A DNA stretch of 64,000 nucleotides from the IMG/VR virus record IMGVR_UViG_3300042294_002813, positions 1 to 64,000 of that record, one strand, 5' to 3'. The stretch's first letter is position 1; each line of letters begins with the position of its first letter. Below, piece by piece: positions 8,574-18,765 of the stretch. Origin of the DNA: a virus. The translations under genes and the position numbers were made by a program. The notes under the pieces were generated by a model. That model saw only the letters and a program-made list of their open reading frames with translations. It made no database searches and had not been told where the DNA came from.

Positions 8574-8783
8574 TCAATCGGTTTCTCTATACTTATTTTT
8601 CGTTATTTCGTTCCAATATGAATCATCATCTTCCAATTTCCTTGCAATCTTATATAGTCTAATCATATGATCACTCATGTTGTCTTCGCCGTGAACATTG
8701 ATTAGTCTATCGCGAAGCCAATGCAAAAAATCACTATCACTCATCATGAGATTATCCCAATACATGAATTCACTTTGAATCAT
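8574..8783 (-). CDS. Hypothetical protein
   Basis: Fills the gap between coupled genes; FLHWLRDRLINVHGE is a plausible small phage protein. Confidence 0.5.
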   Translation of the reverse strand: MIQSEFMYWDNLMMSDSDFLHWLRDRLINVHGEDNMSDHMIRLYKIARKLEDDDSYWNEITKNKYRETD

Positions 8784-9345
8784 TTCTAGTCATCTTAATA
8801 CGCATCTTGCGTTCTTTTTCTCTTGCCATCATCAGAGTAGTTTTACCAACTCTCTCGGTAAAGCAAATGCCATCAAGATGATCATATTCGTGCTGAATGC
8901 AACGAGCGGTAAGACCAGTAAACTTGTCTTCTTTCCATTCACCACTAACGTGTTGATACTTGACCTTGATTTCTTGTGGACGAGAAACTTTGAAGAATAG
9001 ACGTTTGAACGTCAAGCAACCTTCAAGATGATCATCTTCTCTTTGAGATCTTTCAATGATTTCTGGATTGAAGAATACCTGCTTGTTCGTATTGTCATAT
9101 CCAACGACAAATACACGATAAGGTATGCCAACTTGCGGCGCAGCCAAACCAAGACCACTATGCTTGAACATCGTCTCGAAAAGAGATGACGCAAGATGAA
9201 TTGGATCAATTGGCGGATTTGCAAAATCAAATGGCTTGCAAACTTGCTTCAATACTGGATCCGTAGATTTGACTAGATCATATATTTCATACGGTCTTAT
9301 TGTTTGCGCCGCCGTATTGATCTTTAGCATTCCGTTTTCTATCAT
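8770..9345 (-). CDS. def: Peptide deformylase
   Basis: GLGLAAPQVG, EGCLT, QHEYDHLDG; start at 9345 (SD GAGG). Confidence 0.93.
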   Translation of the reverse strand: MIENGMLKINTAAQTIRPYEIYDLVKSTDPVLKQVCKPFDFANPPIDPIHLASSLFETMFKHSGLGLAAPQVGIPYRVFVVGYDNTNKQVFFNPEIIERSQREDDHLEGCLTFKRLFFKVSRPQEIKVKYQHVSGEWKEDKFTGLTARCIQHEYDHLDGICFTERVGKTTLMMAREKERKMRIKMTRNDSK

Positions 9346-9352
9346 CTTATCC

Positions 9353-9649
9353 TCACTTGATATTTGCAATCAAAGCCACATCTTCTTTATCAGCCAAATA
9401 ACATCTGGCACGATAGATCATATCAAATTTATCCGAATGAGATTCTTTTGTAAATAGTACAAGATTTTCCTTCAACAATGTTCTAGCCATTTCGTTGGCT
9501 AGTTTTTCTTTTATGAGATCTTCGAAGATCTGCTTCTTGTCTATCGACATATTTTCTAACCAAAATTCTGTCACAGTATGTTGTACCGTCACAATCTTGG
9601 TTTTTACTGCATGCGTTTGAACATTGGAAGAATCATCATTATACATCAT
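9353..9649 (-). CDS. Hypothetical protein
   Basis: 98-aa ORF with ATGA overlap with gp46. Confidence 0.55.
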   Translation of the reverse strand: MMYNDDSSNVQTHAVKTKIVTVQHTVTEFWLENMSIDKKQIFEDLIKEKLANEMARTLLKENLVLFTKESHSDKFDMIYRARCYLADKEDVALIANIK

Positions 9650-11361
9650 TTCACAATCCTTGAAAAATTATTGATCTTTTCAAACTTGATTATTGATCTA
9701 AACTTGTCAAACAAAATATCGCCCTTGTGACTAATAACAAAAACATTGGTATCACTACTTATGGAGTTCAAAATCTTCAGTAGTTCTTCCGTTCCATTTG
9801 AGTCTAATGAACTATCAAAGATTTCATCCAGTATCAGCAAATTGGTATTCACGCTATTCTTCATCTTGGCAATTGCTCTCCAAGTGAATAGTAGTGCCAG
9901 ATCGATCTTTTGCTTTTCGCCTTCGGAGAAATTCTCGTAGGCAAATTCATCACGATGGCGAGACTTGATGACCTCCTCAAAGCTTTCATTGATATTGAAA
10001 TTGACATAGAACTCCATGCTACTCAAATACTTGTTGATTAGCTTGTTCATGACTGGAAGATATTGCTTTATGATCTTGGTTTTGATACCAGTATCTTTCA
10101 GTAGAATAGAAACTTGTTCATGATGATGCTTATCATTGACCAATCTCTTCTCGTCTTCAACAAGATCATTCAGTTGCTTTTCAAGTGCTTTTAGATCATC
10201 AGTATGCGTTGTGTCTATTGTCTTGTTCTGCTCAATGGTATCAATTTCTTTTTGTAGCTTCTGGATATAACCATTGACTGCAGTAATAGTTGCATTTTTT
10301 TCCTGAGACTTGAATGTCTTGTCCTTTATCTTTTTCAACGTCTTTTGGATCTGAGCAATTTGCGTATTGATCTTCTCCAATTCATTATCTATTTCCTTAA
10401 GACCATTGCCGTATTCTGCAATCTTGTCTTGAAATGTCTGAATCTGGGTTTTCTTGAAATCTTCGCTAATTGATTGACGACATGTCGGGCAATCATCATT
10501 GGTTTCATAGAAATTAATTTCGCTCTGTGCCTTCTCGGCATTGTCTTGTATCTTGACGATGAGACTGTTTAGCTTGTTGGACTTGCCAACCAGCTTCTTC
10601 TCACCAACGACTTCAGATTGAAGCTTAACGATCTCTTGATCAAGAGACGCCTTTTCTTTTTCCAAAGTAACTATTTGAGATTTGCTATTTGCAATGTCTC
10701 TTTGTGTCTTTTCAATATGAAGAGTTTTTGTATTGGTAATCTCATTGATCAACTTTTTCGTTGATTCGATCTTGACCTTTACAACTTCCCTACGATGAGA
10801 AACGTCACTCATCTCATCCTTGATTGCTTGAAGCTTTTGCTTCAATACAACATTCATGGACGAAAAGATTTGTATATCCAAAAGATCTTCTATGATTGCA
10901 CGACGATCTGCAGCAGACAACTGCATGAACGGAACAAAGGTAGATGAACCAAGAACTACGATCTGGGTAAACGACTTGTAGTTCATCTTGAGAATGAACT
11001 TTTCAAGATACTCTTGGTAATCTCGCGAAGACGCATCTTGATTGACTAGTTCATTGTCACAATAGATTTCAAACTTGCCCGGCTTGATTCCGCGAAGGAT
11101 CTTGTAGGATTTCTTACCTATTATAAACTCTATCTCGACAACGCAGTCTTTTTCATTGACGCTATTCAATAGCCCTGGCTTATTGATACCGCGAAATGGT
11201 TTACCAAATAGAGCGAAAGTCAACGCATCCAAGAGTGTTGACTTTCCGCTTCCATTGTTTCCTACGATTAGTGTTGTAGGAGATTTGTTTAGTGTAATCT
11301 CCGTGAAGTCATTTCCTGTAGAAAGAAAGTTTCTCCAACGAACTTTTTCAAAGAGTATCAT
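9646..11361 (-). CDS. gp46: Recombination ATPase subunit (Rad50/SbcC-like)
   Basis: GNNGSGKST, CPTC zinc hook, FSEGEK signature, LDEIFD, ISHK. Confidence 0.95.
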   Translation of the reverse strand: MILFEKVRWRNFLSTGNDFTEITLNKSPTTLIVGNNGSGKSTLLDALTFALFGKPFRGINKPGLLNSVNEKDCVVEIEFIIGKKSYKILRGIKPGKFEIYCDNELVNQDASSRDYQEYLEKFILKMNYKSFTQIVVLGSSTFVPFMQLSAADRRAIIEDLLDIQIFSSMNVVLKQKLQAIKDEMSDVSHRREVVKVKIESTKKLINEITNTKTLHIEKTQRDIANSKSQIVTLEKEKASLDQEIVKLQSEVVGEKKLVGKSNKLNSLIVKIQDNAEKAQSEINFYETNDDCPTCRQSISEDFKKTQIQTFQDKIAEYGNGLKEIDNELEKINTQIAQIQKTLKKIKDKTFKSQEKNATITAVNGYIQKLQKEIDTIEQNKTIDTTHTDDLKALEKQLNDLVEDEKRLVNDKHHHEQVSILLKDTGIKTKIIKQYLPVMNKLINKYLSSMEFYVNFNINESFEEVIKSRHRDEFAYENFSEGEKQKIDLALLFTWRAIAKMKNSVNTNLLILDEIFDSSLDSNGTEELLKILNSISSDTNVFVISHKGDILFDKFRSIIKFEKINNFSRIVK

Positions 11362-12425
11362 ACTTTTTCCAAATTTATTGCTTCCAGATAAAGTTCTCTG
11401 AGAATTGATTTGAGTTTATCAGCAGAATCCATTTGAAGACCATCGACATACTTATCAAGTATGGTCATGGTATCTTCACCTTCATCTATGATATCACTAT
11501 CGTCCTTATTTGTCAAATCGGAAAAGTCTTCCACGATGCTTATGTCCAAAGGAGCAGCATCGATCAACTTTTGCATGAATCGCTCAAACAAGAATGGATT
11601 GGTCTTGTGCAAAACCAAAATCTTCACATATGTTCCTGTGTACTCGCTGAAATCAAGCTTTTTCAACTTATCGAAGTCCAAATCGTTCTTGTCATCATAT
11701 GTAATCTTGAAGAACATTTGATATGGATTTTCAACGAATGCCAGTTCCCTTGTATCTGTATCAAACACGTGGAATCCACGCTTATCATCATAGTCTGCCC
11801 ATGTCATTTGATATTGATTGCCTAGATAAACAATATGACCATCTGTAGACTTGTGGTGAAAATGACCAGAAAGAACCATTTCAAACTTGTCAAATACCGA
11901 ACGATTCATTCCATCGCGACAAACATTACCGCGATCCATTTCAAATCCAGCTATCTCAAGATGACCAAATGCTACCTGTGCTCTGCTTGCCTTGATGTGG
12001 TCAAGAGTTCTTTGCTGATTTTCGACGTTAATCCAAGGTAACAGGCAAATGTCAAAATTATCAATAGAGATGTCGCAAGGTTCCTTATAAACTCGAATGG
12101 TATCACTCTGTTCAAAAAGTTCTTCAATCGCATTGATATCGTTTGTATTCTTGTATGGAACATCATGGTTTCCTACCAATACATGCAGCTTTACATTCAT
12201 CTCCTTTAGACGACCAAAGAACTTGTTTCTCCAACGATTGAGGATGACATAGTTGATGAACTTGCGACGATCAACGATATCGCCAAGATGAATGACTGTG
12301 TCTATGTTGTTTTCCTTGAGATATGGAAAAAAGACATTGTCCCAAAAACGAAAAAAATAATCATCAAACGCAAGAGAATCATTTCTTGCGCCAGCATGAG
12401 TATCGTTAATGAGAGCAATCTTCAC
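11358..12425 (-). CDS. gp47: Recombination nuclease subunit (Mre11/SbcD-like)
   Basis: DTHAG, HLGDIVD, GNHD, GHLE, SGHFH phosphoesterase motifs. Confidence 0.95.
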   Translation of the reverse strand: MKIALINDTHAGARNDSLAFDDYFFRFWDNVFFPYLKENNIDTVIHLGDIVDRRKFINYVILNRWRNKFFGRLKEMNVKLHVLVGNHDVPYKNTNDINAIEELFEQSDTIRVYKEPCDISIDNFDICLLPWINVENQQRTLDHIKASRAQVAFGHLEIAGFEMDRGNVCRDGMNRSVFDKFEMVLSGHFHHKSTDGHIVYLGNQYQMTWADYDDKRGFHVFDTDTRELAFVENPYQMFFKITYDDKNDLDFDKLKKLDFSEYTGTYVKILVLHKTNPFLFERFMQKLIDAAPLDISIVEDFSDLTNKDDSDIIDEGEDTMTILDKYVDGLQMDSADKLKSILRELYLEAINLEKV

Positions 12426-12628
12426 TTGGACGCTCTCTTGAAAGGAGTTACATTGCGATTGGCTTTGGCATACTCTGCATCATACTTTGCTATCTTGTCA
12501 TTCATAAGATCGCGCATACGCACAAGACGTTGACGAAAGTTTTGTCTCTTCCAAACATCTTGCGATTGATCCAGCATGTTTTTCATCAAGTATTCAATCT
12601 GACTTGGTAATGACTCTTGTTCAGCCAT
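12422..12628 (-). CDS. Hypothetical protein
   Basis: 68-aa ORF overlapping gp55 and gp47 termini; SD GGAG. Confidence 0.6.
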   Translation of the reverse strand: MAEQESLPSQIEYLMKNMLDQSQDVWKRQNFRQRLVRMRDLMNDKIAKYDAEYAKANRNVTPFKRASK

Positions 12629-13196
12629 TTGTATCTCCTTCGTAAAACTTTTCTATTCCTGTTTTTTTGGTAGACTTTTCTTTCTTTACCTTTCGACTCT
12701 GTTCAAAATTTTCAATGAACTCGGCCATGTTGTCGTATATTTCCTGACCTTTAACAACGCTAGATTTAATCTCTGTACCCAAAAGTTCAAGATCTTCACC
12801 AGTAATGTCATCAAATATTCTTGAATTTTCCAGAGACTTGTATTTGACGTATTGTTGTTTCTTTTCTTTAGAGATTCTACGAATGAAAGCATAATACACT
12901 ATTTGAGTGAAATATGCAAACGGATTCTTCGATTTCTTTGGATCAAAATTCTCGAAATACATGAGACAATTCTCGATTGCATCGGCAATCATTTCGTCTC
13001 GGTATGAGTAGTTTGCAAAGTTTGGTCTATACGATAGATGCTCGGCAATCTTCATGAAGCATTCCCCTATGTAATTTGGTATGGGGGGCTTCTCTTCCTT
13101 GTTTCGTTTTGCTTTCCTAACCGCCTTTTGATATTTGATGAGGACGGATAGGAATTCTTCGTTATTGACATAATGATTAGATGGGGTTTTTTTCAT
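12621..13196 (-). CDS. gp55: Late-transcription sigma factor
   Basis: HYVNN, YIGECFMKIAEHLS, NFDPKKSKNPFAYFTQI; synteny with gp47/46. Confidence 0.95.
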   Translation of the reverse strand: MKKTPSNHYVNNEEFLSVLIKYQKAVRKAKRNKEEKPPIPNYIGECFMKIAEHLSYRPNFANYSYRDEMIADAIENCLMYFENFDPKKSKNPFAYFTQIVYYAFIRRISKEKKQQYVKYKSLENSRIFDDITGEDLELLGTEIKSSVVKGQEIYDNMAEFIENFEQSRKVKKEKSTKKTGIEKFYEGDTNG

Positions 13197-13207
13197 GACG
13201 ATTTTCC

Positions 13208-13236
13208 TTGACTTTCACTTGACAAAGCGATACACT
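13208..13236 (+). promoter_or_regulatory. Antisense sigma70-like promoter upstream of gp55
   Basis: TTGACT-17 nt-TACACT on the plus strand, with a second TTGACA inside the spacer. Confidence 0.5.
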
Positions 13237-13249
13237 TCTAGTGTTCAGC

Positions 13250-13627
13250 TCAATGCAATAATCTCTTTTGATTGTTTAGTAGCTTGATGAGACTTGAATA
13301 TGCATCTGATGCTTCTTCGTCTTCCTCATCATCGTGATCTGAATCCATATCACTCGCTTCATTCTTTTGAAGACACTCTTTATAGAATTCCTTAGTGCGA
13401 AGAGATGTACTTGAAATCACGATAGTCTCTTCCTTGCTAATGACAAAGGAACTAGTCTCGACAAAGTCTGATGGTACCCACTCCTGAAACGACAATAGAA
13501 TACGACCAGTAGGATCTGCATACTGTCTAATTGCCATTGGATTCTCTAGAGTGACATCATTACCTTCAATCGAAGTATTGGAGATGATGTCAGTTCCATT
13601 CTTTAACTTTATGTAGAGTATTTCCAT
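13250..13627 (-). CDS. Conserved T4-like hypothetical protein (Sm-like fold possible)
   Basis: IKLKNGTDII..LENPM..W pattern; usual position between uvsW and gp55. Confidence 0.65.
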   Translation of the reverse strand: MEILYIKLKNGTDIISNTSIEGNDVTLENPMAIRQYADPTGRILLSFQEWVPSDFVETSSFVISKEETIVISSTSLRTKEFYKECLQKNEASDMDSDHDDEEDEEASDAYSSLIKLLNNQKRLLH

Positions 13628-13629
13628 TT

Positions 13630-15117
13630 TTATACCTTGATTTCTATATTATATAGTTTGAACTCAAAACGTTCTTCGGAGTATATTCTAACACGTTCTT
13701 GGAAATGTTTCAAGGTAAAATTCTCATGTTTCTTATATCTTAGATCATCCGCAATATCAAAAAGCACAGCTTTTTTCTTGTTGTCTCCTAGTCGAAGACC
13801 TCTACCAATTGATTGCAGATTTCGAATTCGACTCTTTGATGGAGAGGCAAATATGATATTGTGTAGATTGCGAACGTTGATACCTGTAGAGAATGTTCCA
13901 TAAGATGCAACAATGATTGCATTGTTTTCTTTCTCGACAATCGCACGAATATCTTCTCTGGTCTCAGTTTCCGTTCCACCATGAACGAAAAAGACTTTTC
14001 TTCCATCAGCTTTTTCTTCAATCAACTTGTGCAATCCCTTTCCATGATTATCTACATATTGGAAAAGAATCAATGTGTTCCCCTCTAGCGAGAGAACCAA
14101 ATTACGAATAAACTTGTTTCGAGCATCGCTGGTAACAAGATATTTCATCTCATCGATATATTTGGCATCTTTTAGAAGACGACAAATCTCTTCCGGATAT
14201 TTTAGCACAAGACACTTGATCTCAAAGTCCGAGAGCTGTTTCTTATCGATTAGTTCTTTTGTGGTCACGGTCTTTCGCACTGGTCCAAAAAGACCTTCAA
14301 GAACAAGCTTGTGCGTCTTTGTTCCGTCGAGTGTACCTGTCATGCCAATTCGTAGAGATGCTTTGTCCAAGTTTGTCATGATCGTTGTCAATGACTTGGC
14401 TTTGAAATTGTGTGCTTCGTCTCCAATCACCCACTCGTAGTTGAAGTAGTGCTTGGGTAGTGTATACAAAGATTGCCATGTTGAGATTGTGACAAGTTTG
14501 TCGGAAAACTTTTCACGACCAGAATAAATTCTGTGGATATTTTCTTCTACACTCCAGCCATTCTTTGTAGAGTAATCTTGGAAATCTGAATATAGCTGCT
14601 CGACAAGAGATGTCGTTGGTACGATAATTAGACCTTTTTTGTCTTGATCGGTCATGTATCTTGTGATAAGATATGCTATTAATGATTTACCTGATGCTGT
14701 TGGAGATATAAGCATTTGTCTACGATTACGTATGGAATACGCGAACGCTTCAATCTGATAGTCGCGAGCGTCAATATCTTTGTTACGACTTTGTATATGC
14801 AGGGAGTCGGCATATTCCTTTGCTTCGTGAAGGGAGAAGGATGTCGTTTGAAGAACCTCATCATCATAGACAAGGGTGTATTTTCTTTCCTTAGCGAATG
14901 ACTCAAGATGTGTTATGAGTCCGTAGTACAGTGTGGATGTTCTAGTATCATACAAACGTATCTTGCCATCCCACACTCTACTTTTGAATGCTGGAGTAAA
15001 TTGATATCCAGGAACATAGAATGTAAAATATTCTGATATTTCGCGAGCGACGCCGCGCTCGCAAGAGATCATTATGTATGCTTCATCTTTTTTTGCTACG
15101 ATTATTTTTTCAGACAC
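13630..15117 (-). CDS. uvsW: SF2 DNA/RNA helicase UvsW
   Basis: RDYQ, SPTASGKS, GDEAH, TGT, QSIGRGLR. Confidence 0.95.
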   Translation of the reverse strand: MSEKIIVAKKDEAYIMISCERGVAREISEYFTFYVPGYQFTPAFKSRVWDGKIRLYDTRTSTLYYGLITHLESFAKERKYTLVYDDEVLQTTSFSLHEAKEYADSLHIQSRNKDIDARDYQIEAFAYSIRNRRQMLISPTASGKSLIAYLITRYMTDQDKKGLIIVPTTSLVEQLYSDFQDYSTKNGWSVEENIHRIYSGREKFSDKLVTISTWQSLYTLPKHYFNYEWVIGDEAHNFKAKSLTTIMTNLDKASLRIGMTGTLDGTKTHKLVLEGLFGPVRKTVTTKELIDKKQLSDFEIKCLVLKYPEEICRLLKDAKYIDEMKYLVTSDARNKFIRNLVLSLEGNTLILFQYVDNHGKGLHKLIEEKADGRKVFFVHGGTETETREDIRAIVEKENNAIIVASYGTFSTGINVRNLHNIIFASPSKSRIRNLQSIGRGLRLGDNKKKAVLFDIADDLRYKKHENFTLKHFQERVRIYSEERFEFKLYNIEIKV

Positions 15118-15553
15118 CTTGTGTAAACTTCTGCCATTCTATAGCGTTCTTCAAGTTGAAGCTTCGCTGATGGATTTCCTTGATGATCTTTTCGCAACAA
15201 TCTACGAAAAGTTCCGTATAGTTTAATTTAGTCTGGATTTCTAGCACATCATCATCGCCAGATATCATTGTGCTTATGTCTGCGCGAAGATACTTTTCAC
15301 GCATTGGCTCCCAACCAAGTTCAGTCAGTTCATCTGTTCCGTTCAGCTTACCGTCGTAATATCTCCACTTCAATTTGGTAAGTTTATTGAGATCAAATTG
15401 AAGTTTTTGACAACGCATCTTTTGCGTCTTGTACACTTCTATGTACTTTGAATGCAGGGACGATAGGCGAATGGATTCTGTACCAAGTTCCGTACTATCG
15501 ATCTGTGAGTCTTTTTTCCACGACTCCATTAGGTCATCTATGTTCTTGATCAT
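15110..15553 (-). CDS. uvsY: Recombination mediator UvsY
   Basis: WKKDSQID, LHSKY, KWRYYDGK, LKNAIEWQKF; start at 15553. Confidence 0.88.
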   Translation of the reverse strand: MIKNIDDLMESWKKDSQIDSTELGTESIRLSSLHSKYIEVYKTQKMRCQKLQFDLNKLTKLKWRYYDGKLNGTDELTELGWEPMREKYLRADISTMISGDDDVLEIQTKLNYTELFVDCCEKIIKEIHQRSFNLKNAIEWQKFTQGV

Positions 15554-15580
15554 AATATAAATTCCTTGGAATATTAGTGC

Positions 15581-15609
15581 AATATACACTAAAACTCAAA
15601 GAATGTCAA
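15581..15609 (-). promoter_or_regulatory. sigma70-type promoter for uvsY-uvsW
   Basis: TTGACA-17 nt-TATATT overlapping the gp3 stop. Confidence 0.75.
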
Positions 15610-16114
15610 CATCAAAATAGGTATATCTGAATGATGCACGCGCAGATAGTATTGTGTTTGCATCGGCGGTATAATTGAACCCTATAGATGATACTGATGT
15701 GGGATAGCAGTTTCTAAACGTGACACGAATATTTGGTGTATTTTTATTTGACATGATTGTCATTGTTGCATCGCTGGTTGTTCCGCCAAAATCTTTATTT
15801 TCTTTTATCAAGCGACGATGTTGTTCAAAGTTTTTAGGGAATGTAAGACCAATAATCCAATTATGAATTTCAAGCCATGAGCGTAGGTCTTCATCTATCA
15901 AGAATGAGACATCGAATGGTTCATATCTTACTTTATCACCTGGCAAGTAATAGTCAACAAATGGGGTGCTTCTAGTCACTTCGGACATTGATAATCCTGG
16001 TAGACTAAAGTTTTGACAAAAATATATTAGATTAGGAAGTCTTGTAAACGACAACTGAAATTTTGTCGCCTGAAGAAAACTTGTATTTGTTGGTTGTTGA
16101 TTTAATTTTGCCAT
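15596..16114 (-). CDS. gp3: Tail completion / tube terminator protein
   Basis: FCQNFSLPG, PGDKVRY, FLIDEDL, SDATM; synteny between gp23 and uvsY; CATAAATA late box at 16130-16137. Confidence 0.85.
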   Translation of the reverse strand: MAKLNQQPTNTSFLQATKFQLSFTRLPNLIYFCQNFSLPGLSMSEVTRSTPFVDYYLPGDKVRYEPFDVSFLIDEDLRSWLEIHNWIIGLTFPKNFEQHRRLIKENKDFGGTTSDATMTIMSNKNTPNIRVTFRNCYPTSVSSIGFNYTADANTILSARASFRYTYFDVDIL

Positions 16115-16140
16115 AACTTACCTCTGTAGTATTTATGAAC

Positions 16141-16169
16141 AAAAAGAGGGGGAACCGAAGTTCCCCCTC
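16141..16169 (-). terminator. Rho-independent terminator after the major capsid gene, cUUCGg tetraloop
   Basis: GAGGGGGAAC-TTCG-GTTCCCCCTC-TTTTT on the minus strand. Confidence 0.92.
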
Positions 16170-16203
16170 AAGTTGTAGTAACGCTTTCTTATTGTTCTTC
16201 AGA

Positions 16204-17538
16204 TCACAGAAGGTTTGAAACCTTGAAGATACGATAGTAGACGTTTGAACGATTTGATAGGCGTCCAAGACCTGCTGTTACACCTTCAGCAAATGGATTT
16301 GCGACCATTCCGTAACGTGTCTTGAATCCGATACGTGGCTGGAATGTGTCTTGTCCGATTGCACGAACCATCTGTAGAGGAACATATGGGCAGTAGAACA
16401 GACCAGCGTCATAAGGTGATGTACCCTTATAACCAACTGTTACTAGTTCAGATGTGTTTGTTCCTGCTGTTGTTGAACCGTAGTAAGGATCGATGTAGAC
16501 CTTGATACGGTTGTGTAGAAGACCGGCAAATGTGTTGCCTGTGTCGTCTACCTGTAGATCAGCCTGAAGTGCTGGGGTATACTGTAGTACGCCTGCCATT
16601 GCCATTGCAGAAGCAACGTCAGATGAGCAGATTACTAGGTTACCCTTACCACGACGGGTTGCACGAGCGATTACGTTTGCTTCGCGTTCGATCTGGAAGA
16701 TCAGACCCTTGAACTTTTCAACTGACCAACGACCATTTGAGTCGGTGTCTAGGTCGAATGTTCCTGCTGTTGTTGTACCAGCTGAGCAACCAAGTACAGC
16801 TGTAGAATACACTGTACGGATTACTTCACGGTTGATTTCTGCAAGAATTTCGGTTGACAGAATGTTTGCCAACTCAGTTTCTGCATCAAGACCATGAATT
16901 GCCTTCAAGTCCTGAGCAAGTTCTAGAGTGTATTCTGCCTTCAATGCACGCTCACGAGCAGTTACTGTAACTTTTTCGATTGAGAATGCCATTTCAGCAA
17001 ATAGGTTTGTACCAGAGTCGCCAAGAGCTTCACCCTGAGCTGTTGTCATACCGTTACCAGTGTTGGAAAGAGTATAGTCTTCAATTCCTGGTGTAGAAGT
17101 CTGATGATTCTGTGATGCACCGTTTGCACCAAGCTTGTTTGCAGCTGAGAACTTTGTGTTAGCTTCGTTGAAGAGAGCTTCTGTTCCAGTCTGTGAGTCA
17201 AACTTTGAACGCATTGCGAAGATCAAGCCTGTTGGACCTGTCATTGGCTGAACGCCGCAGATGTCGTATGCGATCAAGTTTGGAAGGGCACGACGAACCA
17301 GCGAGATCAAGATCGGATCGTAGTTGCTGATTGAAGAGCCAGTTGCGTTTGTTGGAGCTGATTCAGATAGGAATGAACGATCACCGCCCATGAATGCTGC
17401 TTGCTGAGAAGAAGCAATCTGCTGGTTTTCAAGAACCATAGCTGTAACAGCTCTCTTGTAAGGATCCGCGATCTTTGGAAGTTCTGGATGATCCAGAACA
17501 GGACCCCACTTGTTGACTAGTTGTTCAGTAAGTTGCAT
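16204..17538 (-). CDS. gp23: Major capsid protein
   Basis: GVQPMTGPTGLIFAMR, RALKAEYTLELAQDLKAIHGLDAE, FQPRIGFKTRYG; LSE maturation site. Confidence 0.98.
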   Translation of the reverse strand: MQLTEQLVNKWGPVLDHPELPKIADPYKRAVTAMVLENQQIASSQQAAFMGGDRSFLSESAPTNATGSSISNYDPILISLVRRALPNLIAYDICGVQPMTGPTGLIFAMRSKFDSQTGTEALFNEANTKFSAANKLGANGASQNHQTSTPGIEDYTLSNTGNGMTTAQGEALGDSGTNLFAEMAFSIEKVTVTARERALKAEYTLELAQDLKAIHGLDAETELANILSTEILAEINREVIRTVYSTAVLGCSAGTTTAGTFDLDTDSNGRWSVEKFKGLIFQIEREANVIARATRRGKGNLVICSSDVASAMAMAGVLQYTPALQADLQVDDTGNTFAGLLHNRIKVYIDPYYGSTTAGTNTSELVTVGYKGTSPYDAGLFYCPYVPLQMVRAIGQDTFQPRIGFKTRYGMVANPFAEGVTAGLGRLSNRSNVYYRIFKVSNLL

Positions 17539-17562
17539 TTTTAGTAAACTCCTTTTGAATTA

Positions 17563-18726
17563 TTATTTTAAAACTGTGCGACTAATTGACTTGACATATG
17601 CGTCCATGATTGGATCTGCACCTGTCTTGTTTTCTTTTTGTTTTTGTTCTGCAAGACTCTGGGCTTGTTCCACAACATCTGTTTCTTCATCAAGTCTTAC
17701 GTTATTTGACTTTGATGATACTGCTGCAGGGAAATAGTTTTCGCGTAGTGTCTTGAGACCGTCTACGAAGTCTTCAATGCTTGTAAACTCAATGCCTTCC
17801 GACAATGACTTTAGCTTCTCAATTTGAGTTGCAGTTAGACCTTCGCAAATATCGTAAATTGCTTCCATTTTTTTGTATTCATTTAGATTTTTATTGATTT
17901 CAATTGTGGCAGCAATTTGTTCGTTTAGCTTGTTTTCCAGTTCAACGACATGAGCTGTCATTTCCTCAACAACGCTCACCTTTTCTTCTGGAATATCAAT
18001 GTAGTGTTCTACGAACAGATTACGAAGACCTGCAATGAAGTCTTCGGTTAGTTCGGAACGAAGACCAGATTCAATTGCCAACTCGTTTTCCTTGACCCAT
18101 TCTTCAACGACGTAATTTAGATAGTCGTCTACTTTTTCGGTCATTTCTTCCTTGAGTTGTTCAGAAACCTGCTCTAGGATTTCTGCATACTGTTCTTGAA
18201 TTTGTTCTTCAATTTCTTTTGCTTTTGCATTTACAGCTGCTTCAAAGATTACTGCAGCCTTGTTCATGAAGTCTTCAGAAAGATTTTCACCATGGAAAAG
18301 AGCGTCAAGATCTTCCTTCATGGAATATTCTTCATAATCTTCATCGTCTTCTTTCTTGCTCTTCTTGGTGTGCTTTTCTTCTTCTTCGTCTTCCTCTTCC
18401 TTCATCATTTTCTTGTCTTCTTCTTCCTCTTCTTCTTCCATTTGAGGAGAAGCGCCTTTCATAGACTCCTTAGAAGCAGGTGCTGGCTGTGCTCCTGGTG
18501 GCTTTGCTCCGCCAACTGCAGCAATAGCCCTTGTGATGCCAGCCTCATCAGCAGAAGCAATAGCAGGCTGAACTAGTGCTGGATGACCTTCTTGACCAGG
18601 TGTGCCAACTGAAGGATTTGGACCTGTTGAACCAAAAGGTTCAGATACTCTTGACATTGGTGCCAAAGAAGCCATGTTGCCTGAAAGAATGGCTGCAGCT
18701 GCTTCAGCTAGATTTTTCTTTGCCAT
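17563..18726 (-). CDS. gp22: Prohead core scaffold protein
   Basis: Acidic coiled coil; KAAVIFEAAV, DDYLNYVVEEW, LFVEHYIDIP. Confidence 0.9.
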   Translation of the reverse strand: MAKKNLAEAAAAILSGNMASLAPMSRVSEPFGSTGPNPSVGTPGQEGHPALVQPAIASADEAGITRAIAAVGGAKPPGAQPAPASKESMKGASPQMEEEEEEEDKKMMKEEEDEEEEKHTKKSKKEDDEDYEEYSMKEDLDALFHGENLSEDFMNKAAVIFEAAVNAKAKEIEEQIQEQYAEILEQVSEQLKEEMTEKVDDYLNYVVEEWVKENELAIESGLRSELTEDFIAGLRNLFVEHYIDIPEEKVSVVEEMTAHVVELENKLNEQIAATIEINKNLNEYKKMEAIYDICEGLTATQIEKLKSLSEGIEFTSIEDFVDGLKTLRENYFPAAVSSKSNNVRLDEETDVVEQAQSLAEQKQKENKTGADPIMDAYVKSISRTVLK

Positions 18727-18753
18727 GTTTACTATTACTCCTTTATATTTGAC

Positions 18754-18761
18754 TATTTATA
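18754..18761 (-). promoter_or_regulatory. T4-type late promoter
   Basis: TATAAATA upstream of gp22. Confidence 0.8.
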
Positions 18762-18765
18762 ATAA

